A stretch of DNA of 63,806 bases, the filler included, from Octopus bimaculoides (lineage: Eukaryota): the NCBI RefSeq assembly GCF_001194135.2. It is 5 parts of 5 records of this genome, joined end to end, with 100 filler letters (N's around TTAATTAATTAA, not from the genome) between each part and the next. Parts side by side here need not be neighbours in the genome. Positions count along the whole stretch, not along the records: positions 20,336 to 39,845 come from NC_068995.1; 4 more parts are not named here. One strand, 5' to 3'. Below the pieces are notes generated by a model. That model ran no database searches, had not been told where the DNA came from, and saw only the letters and a list, made by a program, of their open reading frames with translations. Below, one piece after another: positions 24,421-36,560 of this stretch. The stretch's first letter is position 1, and each line of letters starts with the position of its first letter. A program made the translations under genes and the position numbers.

Positions 24421-27020
24421 TTCATATACACACAACAGATTAGACTGTTGGAAAAGAAAAAATCCTAGCATCAGGCTACAAGATGTAACCTTAGCTGCCA
24501 AGAACCCTCCTAAGTATCCTAGCTACCTCTAATAACACTGTTTTCTGGAGTTGTACTAAACTGGGTCTTATACCTAGTTTCCTTATCCATCTGTTCAGAT
24601 CTTTAGGGATAGTTTCAAACGCACCTATAACTACTGGGATACATTTTACCCGCACTTTCCCTAGTCTCTGTAATTCAATGGCTAGGTCCTGGTACTTTGC
24701 TATTTTTTCTATACTGCACATATTGATATCTTCACCATTTGGCACTGTAAAGTCAATTATCTGACACTTTTTATTCTCTTTATCTACTACCACTAAATCA
24801 GACCTTCTGTCTTCTATTACTCTGGAAGTTTGAATGTTAAAGTCCCAAAACATCTTGTATTTCTTACTGTCTAGTACTTTACTAGATTCGTGTTCATACC
24901 ATTAGTATGTTCAAATCCTAGCTTTCTATATAACTCCCAATGGATTACTCTCCCTTGGTTGTCATGTCTTTTCTTGTATTCTTTCTGTGCCAGCATGCCA
25001 CATACACTTACTATATGATTAACGCTTTCCTCTTTTGATTTCCATAAGTTACAATGGGAATCTACTTGGTTTTTGTCTATCTTAGCTTTTTTTTTATCTA
25101 GTTAGTTCTTAATGCTTGATCTTGTGAAGCTACTAACAAACTTTCTATCTCCCTCTTCAGCTTTCCTTTCTGCAACAATAGTCATGTCTCACTACTACTA
25201 TTTGCTGAAACTATCTTTGGAAATCTATCATGTAACACCTCCTGCCAGTCAGATAATTTCTGTTACTTTTTCAGGTTTTTAACTTCGTTTGGGGTTTTTG
25301 TTTCTCTTTGTCTTTCTGAGACTCTAGCAGCTTTCAATAATCTTCCTTCACTTTTACCTACATAGGTGTCTATATCAACTCTAGCTAGCTCCACGCAGCC
25401 TTCTACTGATATTAACCCTCTTCCACCTTCTTTTCTAGGTAAGTATAATCTTGCTACTCCTGCGCTTGGGTGGAGTCCTCCATTCATATTGAATTCCTTC
25501 CTCGTTCTTCTGTCTAGCTTTGCTAATTCAGTTTTTGTCCAATCTACAAAAGCTGCTGGATATCTAAGTAATGATACTGCCCAAGTATTTACAGCCTTCA
25601 TTAGTTTCGGACCATTTAGCTTTGACTTCATTAGCTTCCTCACCCTTCTGATGTACTCCTCAATTTTCGTCTTCATTTCTATAGTTAGTACTCTGTCAGA
25701 TTATAATACTCTTAGATACTTATAACTCTCTTCTCCTTTCAATGATTTTAACGTCAGGCCATCTGGTAATTGGATACCTTCGCTGTTGACTACCTGCCCC
25801 CTTCTCATGCCTAATATTGCACACTTATCTATGCCAAATTTCATGCCTGTAGCTTTGATGAAGAGTTTTTACAGTCTGTATTAAGGAATCTGTCTCTTTT
25901 TCATTCTTACTAAAAAGCTTCAGATCATCCAAATGGTTAATTTTTCCATTACTATTTCTGAACTCATACTCTACCTTTGCCTTCCTTAATACTAAACTGA
26001 GTGGGGTCAGACATAAGACAAATATTAAAGGGGACAACGAGCCCCCACCCCTGAAAAATTCCTCTTTTGATATTAACTTTCCCTACGAAATTCTACCTGA
26101 TATTAACTTTCCCTACGACGTTCTACCTGATATTAACTTTCTCAAAGAGGTTCTACTTGATATTAACTTTCCCTAAGAGATTCTACCTGAGTAGAAATCT
26201 AATTTTCATTTCTTCATGCTAAAACTAATTAATTCTCTTATATTGTCTGTTATATTGAATATACTCAAACATTCACTTATACATGAGTGTGGGATCATGT
26301 CATGGATAATCAATCCATGCTATTGTTAGATTTCTCTTTCTAGTTTTTACTTCATTTACAACTTCTTTGTCTATGTATAATAGATCATGCGTTCCTCTAG
26401 CCTTTTTCCTGCAGCCTTTCTGTTCTTCTGACAGTAAATTCTGGTTGTCAAGGTGGCCGTAAATGCTTTCTGAATGTATTCCTGTTAACAGCTTCCACAC
26501 TAATGGTAAGTAAGTGATTGGTCTATATTTACTAACTGTATTACCCTTGCTCTTAGCTTTCATGATGAGTATTGTCCTCCCTCTAGTAATCCAATCTGGT
26601 ATTATCCCTTCATTAAGGCAATCATGAAGTGTTTCCCCACCCTCTCATGTGGACTACTAAATTTTTTTATCAAGAACCCTTGAACTAAATCTGGTCCTGA
26701 GCCCTTCCGATTCGGCATTTTTTCTAGCACTTCACTTGTTAATGCACTAGTTAGATCTGGTTGCTTCGCACTATTTCTTCCCTCACTTTCTTTAACTATA
26801 CTGCATCTGCATTATGATTGACTGGCTTATCTCAAATATTACTTCAGAACTTTCTAGCTTCTTCTGCATAAGGCTTCTCACCCTCAGTACTTCGTTTTCC
26901 ATTATTTATTTGGTTATAAAATCTTCTCTGGTCTGTCTCAAATAATTTATTCTGTTGATACTGATCTATTCTTTTCTGATATCTCGAGAGCTTGCCTACT
27001 ACTGCTATGATATGCTGTTT
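24421..27020 (-). mobile_element. 5'-truncated R4/Dong-like non-LTR retrotransposon (RT + Zn knuckle + RLE, pseudogenised)
   Basis: KLSRYQKRIDQYQQNKLFETDQRRFY; YRPITYLPLVWKLLTG; EEQKGCRK; AWIDY; RGIFQG; HLDDLKLF; AVNTWAVSLLRY; RLYLPRKEGGRGL; ESVNHIVSVC; RSDLVVVDKENKKCQIIDF; LQKTVLLEVARILRRVLGS*. Ends in (AAT)n. Many stops and frameshifts. Confidence 0.95.
26068..26190. repeat. 30-bp x4 tandem repeat inside the R4 RT
   Basis: TGATATTAACTTTCCCTACGAAATTCTACC-like units at 26068, 26098, 26128 and 26158. Confidence 0.95.
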
Positions 27021-27440
27021 CAACCTTCCTGATAATTCTCGCTATCCTAAGAGACAAACTTTCTGTAGGAGTTCTATTGGGCATTGTATTCCAATCTCCT
27101 TCAGCCACTTGTTTATATCTTTGCTTACTGTTCCCAATGCACCAATTATTATAGGCACGACCTTTACTGTTCTCACGCTCCAAATTCTTCCTGTTTCAAA
27201 TTTTAAAGGATTGTATTTTTTGTTTTTGTTTTTCGCCCTCTTTCTTTACGATCCTGGAATCAAACGGGCATGATGGGTCGATCAGTAAGCAACTTTGATT
27301 CTCCCTATCTATAATAGTTATGTCCGGTCTTCTCCGTTTGAATAGGAACGTCCCACAAAATCTAACAATTTTCCGACTCCATTTCTCTTTCGATTCGATT
27401 TTCCAGCTTTAACTCCCCATTTCTGGCGCAGTTTCCACAT
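27021..27440 (-). mobile_element. RLE domain of a second R4-like family fused to the next copy
   Basis: ILWDVPIQT..RPDITIIDRENQSCLLIDPSCPFDSRIVKKE..KVVPIIIGALGTVSKDINKWLKEIGIQCPIELLQKVCLLG..RIIRKV (frameshifted). Confidence 0.9.
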
Positions 27441-27509
27441 CTACTAGGACAGTGCTGCTTTTACACACACAGCACGCTCCCCCACCCCCACAGTTGACTA
27501 ACATAAAAT

Positions 27510-27700
27510 TATGCACCAACACACACCAATCTTTGGTCATAAGCATATTTCTTCTATCACTTCTCTACAGTGGTTTGGAGTCAACTTGTTTCATGCTACC
27601 CTCATACAAGCAATCCTAACTCACACATTTCTTCTTTCTTCACTCATATCATGCTCACTCCAACCCAACCACTTTACTCTTCCGTTCAGAATGTGAACCC
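27510..27700 (+). mobile_element. Possible CR1-group LINE 3' remnant
   Basis: Frameshifted SLVISIF.FYHF.YSGL..HSYHAHSNP resembles the VSSLCLFYRYY.G.CS..TRS.HSHP C-terminal region. Confidence 0.4.
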
Positions 27701-27869
27701 TCTAGAATCCCACCACCACCACCATCACCTTCTTTCCTAATAATTAAAAAAGATCTGTAAAATGGTTCGAAATCAAACCAAAAAAAAAAGTAAAAGAAAC
27801 AAAAAATGAGTAACGACAACAACCACAACAATAAATATTTTGCAAAAATGAAAAATGATAAACGATATT

Positions 27870-28010
27870 TTGAAACACAGATTTCGCCGCCGAGGAAGTC
27901 GACTTTGCCTTTCATCCTAGCGAGGTCGATAAAACAAGTACCAGTTGAGCTCCGAAATCAACTTTCCACCTCCCACAAAATTGCTGGCCCTTGCGCCAAA
28001 ATTTGAAACC
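27870..28010 (+). mobile_element. Family B SINE fragment
   Basis: GTCGACTTTGCCTTTCATCCTAGCGAGGTCGATAAAACAAGTACCAGTTG...GGCCCTTGCGCC. Confidence 0.8.
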
Positions 28011-28029
28011 GATATATTATAATACAATG

Positions 28030-28680
28030 CACAACTTTTCTTCTCTTCCTCCTTCTCTTTCCTCTTCTTCCACCTCTTCCTTCTCCTCCTCCTCTTCCAC
28101 TTCCTCTTCTTTTTTCCTCTTCTTCCCCTCCCTCCTCCTCCCCCTCCTCCTCTTCTGCCTCTTCCCACACCCCTCCTTCTCATCATCACTATAACTGCTA
28201 CTACCAAACTGCAAATACTGCTACTATCTCCACACTAACACAAAGCACTACCACTGCAGCCACTGTATCTACTTCAGGCACTACTACCTTTTGTAATACT
28301 AACACGATAATCACCACGCCAAAACAACACTCATTACTGCAACTTCCATCTACTTTTCTGTAAGCATCGCTTCACCATCATCGCCACCAACCTCCACCGC
28401 CATCACTGCATCCATCGCCCTAGCTACTACCATACCATTACTAATGAAACCATCACCATTACCACCACCGGTTCCACCACTACCATCATCAAAATCAACA
28501 ACACGCAAACTGCTCCACTTTTACCAAAGTTGCAATCACCACCACCAATACCACCACCGCCGCCGCTACCGCTGCCGCCATCACTTCCACCATTGTCACG
28601 GTGCCACCACCGCCATTACATACAATGCAACACACCATTCTACCCACTTCCACTCACCAACCATTCCCCTCTTGCTTTGC
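28030..28680. repeat. Low-complexity tract: (CTT/CCT)n then degenerate (CAC/CAT/ACT)n
   Basis: Polypyrimidine block at 28035-28180 followed by a triplet-like C/A-rich block. Confidence 0.85.
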
Positions 28681-29156
28681 TATTAAAGACAGAATTTTCA
28701 ACCAATTTTGACTTTCCCGGAAACGGCACTCTTTTTTTTTGTTTGTGTATTATTTCGAATTCAGATTTTAGTGAATGAAAGTGGGGGTGGGTGATGTAGT
28801 GGTGATGGTGCAAAGAGGATGTGGAAGTAGGACAGCAGAGGAGTTCGTGTTTCAATTCCTAGCACCTCCCTCTTCCCACTTTAGTTAAAGCTTCATTTGG
28901 CTTAACATGTGGCCTGAACGGTTTTCTTCATTTCGTCTTTTTTTTCCATTTTTTTTTGCTCATATTTTATTTCATTGTATTTTTGCAATTATATTTCTAT
29001 TTCTACTTTTATTTTTACTTTTTTTGTCCTTCTGTGGAATCCACACAAAGATGACGATGAGTTGTCATAGAAACACAACCATAAAACTCTGCCAAATAAA
29101 AGATATGTTGCTGTAGAAACAAAGTACATTAAGATACCGATTCCAATGAGATACAA

Positions 29157-29234
<78 letters not shown>

Positions 29235-29885
29235 CCATATTTCCATTGAGAATACAATTTTAAAAAGAACAAGATACAAGCAGTGAGCTGTAGAGAAAAG
29301 TGGAAACTGGTTGGTGGTGTTTTTTTTGAAAAAAAAAAATAATAAGGATAATGATAAATAAAGGAAGAAAAAAATTAGAAGTATAGGAAAAGAAAGGACA
29401 GATATAATCTAGGATAATTTTCTGGTAAATCTTAGACATCATCAAGATATTGTCTTTTAGGCTGTTTTATATATTTTTTTGCCATATCAATCTTTCTTTT
29501 TTTTTTACGTTTGGATTTATATTCATTTCTTTTTATTTGTCACTGCTGGTTGTCGTTGTCGCTGTTGTGGTTGTTCTTTAGTTCTTTAGTTCTGATTTAA
29601 GCAGATAGAATAATGGACATTCCAGCCGTGACCATTCTTTGACTTCTTGATGAAGTGTATATATGACTGTATTATCCTGTGTGTTATTCCTTCTAAAGTG
29701 TGATATGATTTGGCTGCTATTTTTAACAGGCCGAGCGACCACTTAGAGCAGGCATGGACAACCTTTTCACGAGAAGCGGGATGCATGAGACATAGTTCAC
29801 TATAAGGCTGGTCGCACTTCTATAAAAAATTTAAGGTAATTATTCGCTAAAATATCTTTTACTCTTAGTCTTAACAAAAAAAAAG

Positions 29886-30210
29886 GAATTCGCAAGTTAT
29901 TCCATGTTAAAGTTGTCGTATTTCTGTAATTTTAACCAATCACTGACGTCTATTCAGCTGAATAGAGTTACTGCTGGGCGGTCATAAAAATGTTATTCCC
30001 TGTGACATATTTCATCCGGTTTAATCGTAATTTATACGCATATATTGTTTATATAATAAATTACGCTGTGCGTATCTATGTGTGTAACAATTTTAGAGTT
30101 CGGATTCTAGAGTTAGGGTTAGTTTTAGGGTTAGGGTTAGGGTTAGGGTTACGGTTAACAGTCTAGTTAGGGTTAGGGTTAGGGTTAGGGGATTAATACG
30201 ATATACACCG
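29886..30210 (+). mobile_element. Unclassified repeat with CCAAT/CRE motif and TTAGGG array
   Basis: 29886-29963 is the reverse complement of about 37758-37830 (AAGTTATTCCATGTTAAAGTTGTCGTATTTCTGTAATTTYAACCAATCACTGACGTC). It runs into a gap. Confidence 0.6.
30113..30190 (+). repeat. Interstitial telomere-like (TTAGGG)n
   Basis: Nine perfect TTAGGG plus one TTACGG, including two runs of four (30125-30148 and 30167-30190). Confidence 0.9.
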
Positions 30211-30839
30211 NNNNNNNNNNNNNNNNNNNNNNNNNNNNNNNNNNNNNNNNNNNNNNNNNNNNNNNNNNNNNNNNNNNNNNNNNNNNNNNNNNNNNNNNNN
30301 NNNNNNNNNNNNNNNNNNNNNNNNNNNNNNNNNNNNNNNNNNNNNNNNNNNNNNNNNNNNNNNNNNNNNNNNNNNNNNNNNNNNNNNNNNNNNNNNNNNN
30401 NNNNNNNNNNNNNNNNNNNNNNNNNNNNNNNNNNNNNNNNNNNNNNNNNNNNNNNNNNNNNNNNNNNNNNNNNNNNNNNNNNNNNNNNNNNNNNNNNNNN
30501 NNNNNNNNNNNNNNNNNNNNNNNNNNNNNNNNNNNNNNNNNNNNNNNNNNNNNNNNNNNNNNNNNNNNNNNNNNNNNNNNNNNNNNNNNNNNNNNNNNNN
30601 NNNNNNNNNNNNNNNNNNNNNNNNNNNNNNNNNNNNNNNNNNNNNNNNNNNNNNNNNNNNNNNNNNNNNNNNNNNNNNNNNNNNNNNNNNNNNNNNNNNN
30701 NNNNNNNNNNNNNNNNNNNNNNNNNNNNNNNNNNNNNNNNNNNNNNNNNNNNNNNNNNNNNNNNNNNNNNNNNNNNNNNNNNNNNNNNNNNNNNNNNNNN
30801 NNNNNNNNNNNNNNNNNNNNAAAAAAAAAAAAAAAAAAA

Positions 30840-30935
30840 CAGTAGTAGGGTCGATATATTCGACTAAAAATTCTTCGAGGCGGTACCCCAGCATGGTCGC
30901 AGTCTAATGACTGAAACAAGTAAAAGAAAAAATAA
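30840..30935 (+). mobile_element. Family A SINE 3' end
   Basis: GGGTCGATATATTCGACTAAAA..GGCGGTACCCCAGCATGGTCGCAGTCTAATGACTGAAACAAGTAAAAG. Confidence 0.8.
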
Positions 30936-31292
30936 ATCTCATTCATTTCTTGTCCCCAAACTCGATGTTTGCTTCTATGAAACCTGGCACAGATGTAACA
31001 GGAGTGAAAGACAATAAAGCATTATTATACATGTGTCGTACAAGCAAAACAAAGGCGACACCGTCAGTGACAAATCAATGCAAATAATGACCCCCGAACT
31101 GACCTTGTGCCAAAATATGAAACCGATAATTATTCTCAAAAGGAGGATATGTGCCCATAGCCAAGTTTCATGGACAAATGGCTGTATATTCACAATATGT
31201 AATACAGCAATAATATTTTGAGTTAGTCTAGAAAAGAACAGAAGTCATTAGATAAGGAGTCTTCAGTGATTTGTAAGAGCAAGTATTTAGAT

Positions 31293-31668
31293 CGGCGTTT
31301 CCCAACCTATTTTCCCCCAGGCTCCACTATAACTTTCCAGAAAAATGTATGCCCCACTGGTGGTTAGAAAAAAATATCAACTTTATTTTGAATACCTCAT
31401 AATTATATACTTTCCTTGAAGAAATATCCACACTAGGACGTTAGAAAAACCGCTATACTTTAACAAACAGTCTTCACATAGTATACTTAGCTGGAGAGAT
31501 TGGTTTGGTTAGGCTGAGTATAGGTGTGGTATGTTTGCTGTGAAAAAAAGATTTTCACAATTCCATGTCACACTAAAAAAAAAAGAAAAAAAAATCTTGG
31601 ATCCCACATCCCACCACAGTTTTCCGAGACCTGCTAGTAGGGCGTATGCCCCACGTTGAGAAGCGTCG
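31293..31668. mobile_element. hAT-like MITE
   Basis: Imperfect TIRs CGGCGTTTCCCAAC / GTTGAGAAGCGTCG, 8-bp flanking direct repeat ATTTAGAT/GTTTAGAT, and subterminal GTATGCCCCAC at both ends. Confidence 0.7.
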
Positions 31669-31769
31669 GTTTAGATATATCGATAGTAAGAATACGCACA
31701 CGCACACATATATATACATATATATATATATATATACATATTATATGTACATATTATATATATATATAT

Positions 31770-31908
31770 ATGGGAGAATATACAAAAAATAACAACAGAC
31801 GAGGACAGGTGGTGTAAATAACAAAAGTATATATTAGTATGACGTTCGGGAATACGGAAAGTCTTTGACGTTTCGAGCTACGCTCTTCAACAGAAAGAAT
31901 ACGGAGAC
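31770..31908 (-). mobile_element. Penelope-like terminal repeat fragment
   Basis: Contains GAAGAGCGTAGCTCGAAACGTC (reverse complement), the CTGAnGAA...CGAAACGTC signature typical of PLE termini. Confidence 0.65.
31862..31898 (-). ncRNA. Minimal type-I hammerhead-like fold (A6U core variant)
   Basis: Reverse complement: TCTTT-CTGTTGA-A-GAGC-GTA-GCTC-GAAA-CGT-C-AAAGA: 5-bp stem I, 4-bp stem II, ACGT palindromic stem III, GUC site. Confidence 0.6.
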
Positions 31909-32126
31909 NNNNNNNNNNNNNNNNNNNNNNNNNNNNNNNNNNNNNNNNNNNNNNNNNNNNNNNNNNNNNNNNNNNNNNNNNNNNNNNNNNNNNNNNNNNN
32001 NNNNNNNNNNNNNNNNNNNNNNNNNNNNNNNNNNNNNNNNNNNNNNNNNNNNNNNNNNNNNNNNNNNNNNNNNNNNNNNNNNNNNNNNNNNNNNNNNNNN
32101 NNNNNNNNNNNNNNNNNNNNNNNNNN

Positions 32127-32173
<47 letters not shown>

Positions 32174-32224
32174 CGTATGTATGTATATACATACACACAC
32201 ATAGATAGATATATAGATAGATGA

Positions 32225-32259
<35 letters not shown>

Positions 32260-32869
32260 CACACACACACATATATGCATATATAGTGTCTCCTCAAAAT
32301 GTATACACCCTTTAACAGCTGGCGATTAACTTAATTTTCATTTCTTTTTAGACTTAACCCATTAGAAATAATGGAGACAGACCAAGCTTTGCTAGTAGTT
32401 CTTGGCAAAACGTGCAGATGTACACTGTCCCAAAACATTGTTTGGAGTGAAGAGGCCTAATTTGATGAAATTTTGTGAAATAGATGAATCGGACGAAGAC
32501 GTTCAGTAGAATACCCTCCACATTCGTAAGACCTCACATCACAAAGCTTTTTTTTTTTTTTAATAATATTTATACATATATCCCCACATTTTGTAATCTT
32601 TTTAAGTGTGACACATTTTATGTAGCACCTGTGGGCCTTTCTAGCCAATAAAGGAAATATTACCCCACCCTCCTCCTGCTCCTCCTGTTCCACATCCACC
32701 TTCCCCTCCTCCTCATCATCATTCTATACGCCATAGATATTGTGTTCGGTTTATTTATGCTTCCTATTAAACCAAAACTCATGATTTACCGTGAGAAGCA
32801 TTTTTATCCCTTCTGTATAAACGTCTCACCCTCACCCCAACACCACCACCACCACCACCACCACCGCCA

Positions 32870-33090
32870 CGACTCTTCCCAGTTATTTTTACTTTGTATT
32901 GAGGACTTCGTGGATAATTTTTGCTGAGCCAAGCAACAGTTTTCTGAACTGCACTCACTTCCAGAGTGAAGTCCAGCGTTCCAAGATTTGCTCTGAAATT
33001 CTTTATCACAGTTCCCAAGACCTCATTGACAATGGGTGAGATCATGGCCTTGTTATCTCTTTAGTAGCAGCACTTGAAAGTTTTGTATTT
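32870..33090 (-). mobile_element. R4-like RLE C-terminal fragment
   Basis: SPIVNEVLGTVIKNFRANLGTLDFTLEVSAVQK / LLLGSAKIIHEVLNTK*. Confidence 0.75.
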
Positions 33091-33251
33091 CAAGCAAGTA
33101 TAATACCTTACTTATTCTTTTCCTTTTTTCTTGATTTTGGTGTTATATCACTACATCAGTTACAGTATATAGTTTCTTCGTCTTATCAATGTCAACTCCA
33201 TATCCGGCTTGCTGTTGTTGCTGCTCTCGGTTGTTTAAGAAAGCCTATACG

Positions 33252-33286
<35 letters not shown>

Positions 33287-33294
33287 TATAATAA

Positions 33295-33510
33295 TGATCC
33301 TTTCTACTGGAAGCACAAGCCCTTAAATTTGGGGGAAGAGATGAAGTCGATTCCATCCACCCCAGTGCGTAACTGGTACTCATCTAATTGACTCCGAAAG
33401 GATGAAAGGCAAAGCTGACCTCGACGGAATTTGAACTCAGAACGACAGGCAAAATGTCGCTAAGCATTTCGCCCGGCGTGCTAACAATTCTACCAGCTCG
33501 CCGACTTAAT
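33295..33510 (-). mobile_element. Family B SINE, full length, in (AAT)n context
   Basis: Matches 9256-9468 across head, core and tail. Confidence 0.88.
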
Positions 33511-33821
33511 AACAATAATTTTGTTTTGCAAGCAACTTGCAGATGCAAGTGCTACCAGTTGAAAGCTCCGCATACCGGATGCTGGCAAGTTTATGGCGTC
33601 ATCATGAGAGAATGTGCGCCGTTTCGGGACTTACCTCTCGGTGGCATCATTGCGCACCAGTCGCCATCACTGAAATGAGTCCCCGCTTGTTAGATCAACT
33701 GGTTATCAGGTTTCACTCAATATTCTTCCAGCCATTGCTCATTGTCACTTTTTAACCAAATCCAGTGGTTTGCCGTTTCCACTGTAGTTTGGATATCTGT
33801 CATGGTGGTATTTGCTTTTAG

Positions 33822-34292
33822 GCAGTGGCTCTCATGGCTTTTGATCTTAACTGATTGGAACTGTTATCATGTACATATTTTGTCTTGGTATAAAACATGG
33901 GCTACAGCAAATGTTCTGATCAATACCACAAATTTGCTTGTCAGCTGCTTGACCTTAACCAGTTGAACATGACCCTTAGTGTGTGGTGATATGTGCATCT
34001 CTGATCACGGGCAGAAGTAGTGAGGAAGCATTATAGCCATGTGTTGAGAGTAATTCTTTAGGGTTTGGATAATTCACCTCTGGAAATCTTAAGCAACTCT
34101 TATTTAAGGATCTTTTTAGCGTGATGGGCTATTCGAGCCGAAGAAAATTCTAACTGGGCCCCACTTGCAAGGTTATGCGCCGTTTACCTTGATATGAGAT
34201 CACTATGTCGCACACATGATTGTGACGCATGATGGGTATACTGGGATTCGTACCCCAGTGTCACTTTGAGAGCATGCACAGCTCTCTCAATC
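33822..34292 (+). mobile_element. Non-coding repeat family D ending in (AAT)n
   Basis: AGGCAGTGGCTCTCATGGCTTTTGATCTTAACTGATTGGAA... matches 43040-43256 (+) and 36758-36845 and 36861-37214 (-). Its tail GCATGCACAGCTCTCTC runs into (AAT)n. Confidence 0.85.
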
Positions 34293-34305
34293 GATAATAA
34301 TAATG

Positions 34306-34367
<62 letters not shown>

Positions 34368-34589
34368 TAATTCGTTTTATTGGCCACAAGGGCTAATATC
34401 AATTAAAAACATATAAGGACAAAGACAGGACGAAGGTTACAAAAGGTTTTGTCCGAAAAGGTAGGAAAGTTCGTCTAAACAGAGGAAGATAACGGAGAAT
34501 GATATAATAAATAAATAGATAAATAAATAGATAAATAAATAAGTAGAACTCCCAAGGGGGGAGGATAACGACAACAACAATAACATTAT

Positions 34590-35260
34590 TATTATTATAT
34601 TTGCTTCATTTCATTGGATATAAAATAGAGGTTTTTGTTGGTTTTTCTTCTTCATGTTATCTGTTGTCAAACCTTAATAAAAGGCCAGAAACAGAAAGTA
34701 CATTTCTAAGAATACGAGAGAGGATTTTTGGAGGATACACATTTCTGTCTCGATATTCAACCATTCCAGATATTATACGAGTTTTTTTTTTTTTTTTGTA
34801 GGGGATTGAACCTACTACTCTGTTAATTGGTATAACTTTTACTATCGCTACTGAGCATTCCCACATTTAAATCAGCTTCTTTCAAGCTCCAATGTTTTTG
34901 TCTGAGGGAATTGCTACGTCTATAATAAAGCATCCTCTTTTCCTTTTATGGCATGTATATTATCTGGTATGTGATGTTTAATTATTTTGCCTGCCTGGAT
35001 ATCAAAATCTAATAAATTTTTTGGTTTACAATGTTTATCTAGATCCTTTTCTGGTACATGATCGTACCAATTGTCTGAAGTGTTATATCGAGATATTTTA
35101 GCAAACTGACCCCAGTATAAACTACCGTCAATTGTATTCTTCCTAAGCTAATGTTTTGCAACCTGCTACAATATGCCCAATATTTTCCATTTGTTGAGTA
35201 CATTGGCAGTATTTGTTCGTTGGGAAAGTGGAACAAATATCCTTGTTCATTGAATTAGTG
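34590..35260 (-). mobile_element. Degenerate R4-like Zn knuckle + RLE + 3' end
   Basis: ENIGHIVAGCKTLA; NWYDHVPEK; LLDFDIQAGKIIKHHIPD; CFIIDVAIPSDKNIG; RILRNVLS. Ends in (AAT)n at about 34585-34600. Confidence 0.8.
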
Positions 35261-35619
35261 CTAAACGTTTGAGCTTGAGCAGCCACAAATATATACATAA
35301 ATAAATAAAAACGTTTAGTTTCTTTCTTTAAATCTCAATTCTAGAGTCGCTCCATCCATGAGACAATTATTTTTTTTACATTGTAGATGATTCTGTGGAA
35401 ATGTTCATGTAACTTCATTTCTTCTAACGTTTCCGTTCTTTCACAAATTATCTTGCTTTGGTGTGATTTCTTCTCTTTAAGCACCACACTAGAAAGTCCC
35501 ATTTCTATCACTGCATGTTTAAGTACTTCTTCTTCACTCTTTGCAAAAGCAGTGCTTTACTGAACTTTGTTCTTGACTCACACAGGCAGAAATATTAATT
35601 TGTTATTCTGTAATTCGTC

Positions 35620-35745
35620 CGCATGCACGTTCGGAGTTCAAATTCCGCCGATGTTGACTTTGCCTTTCATCTTTCGAGGCCGATAAAATAAGTACCAGTT
35701 GTGCACTGAGGTTAATGAGATCGACTGTCCCCCTTCTCCAGTTTG
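35620..35745 (+). mobile_element. Family B SINE fragment
   Basis: GAGTTCAAATTCCGCCGATGTTGACTTTGCCTTTCATC..GATAAAATAAGTACCAGTTG. Confidence 0.82.
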
Positions 35746-35764
35746 CCGTAGGATATTTACTAGA

Positions 35765-36560
35765 CCGGTTTCGGTTTTCCAGATTGCTGCAATGTACAGC
35801 GACATCTGTTTGGTAGTTCGGAACTATTCAGCATCATACGTTTAGTCCGTCGAGGGTGTCCTCTCTGGTCTCTTCTGTATATACTGACTGTAGAGTCACA
35901 ACTGCGGAAATTGGAGGCATTGAGAGGCATCCCTTGAGAACTAGGACGTGGGACAAACGTGTCGGCATTGGCAGACAATGTCACCGTCATAGTGTCGAAC
36001 ACTAGGCACATAGACCTGATCGGCACAGGTCTAAAAGGTGGGGACAGGAGCGAAAATGAAAGAAGAAAAGTCAGTGAACCCGCAGCTCGGCACCTGGAGA
36101 GGCAGGTCCATGCCATCGAACAACATCGTGGAACGCTGGAGGGAGGGACTGGTTAAATTGCTCAGGGTCTGGTTTGGTCCGGATCACAAGTTAGAGAAGA
36201 ACTGGGATGAGGTGACGAGCAGGATAGCCAATCTTAGCCAGAAATTGGTTGAGAGGAAGAAGCTATCCCTGAAAGGCTGGGCAGAGATGACGAATGCCTA
36301 CATTGCCTCTGTCATGTATTATCGCCTGACCCTCATGTCTTGCCCCAGTTTATGCCTGACTAAAACGGAGCGCGTATTCTTCCGATTCATGTGGAAGGGA
36401 TGCGTCCCACTGGTTAGGCGCCCCATTTGCTGTCAACACTCGCTGAATTGAGGGCTGTGCATGCCATGGTTGCTGATGTGCAGACATGAACTGAGTCTGC
36501 GACATCTCCAGTGCTTCTTAAACAGTGAGCAGGTGTGATCACCGTTTGACAGACAAGAAA
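35765..36560 (+). mobile_element. Tx1/L1-like ORF2 RT C-terminal remnant
   Basis: VRRGCPLWSLLYIL (VRQGCPLS-like); VSALADNVTV (YADD-like); KLSLKGWAEMTNAYIASVMYYRL; ERVFFRFMWKG..PLVRR..CCQH. Confidence 0.85.

Noticed and set aside
28017-28778. Glu/Lys-, Ser-, Pro- and His-rich ORFs
   Set aside because: They are translations of degenerate triplet low-complexity DNA, open in many frames.
30113-30190. True chromosome end
   Set aside because: The tract is short, interrupted and internal, with non-telomeric sequence on both sides.
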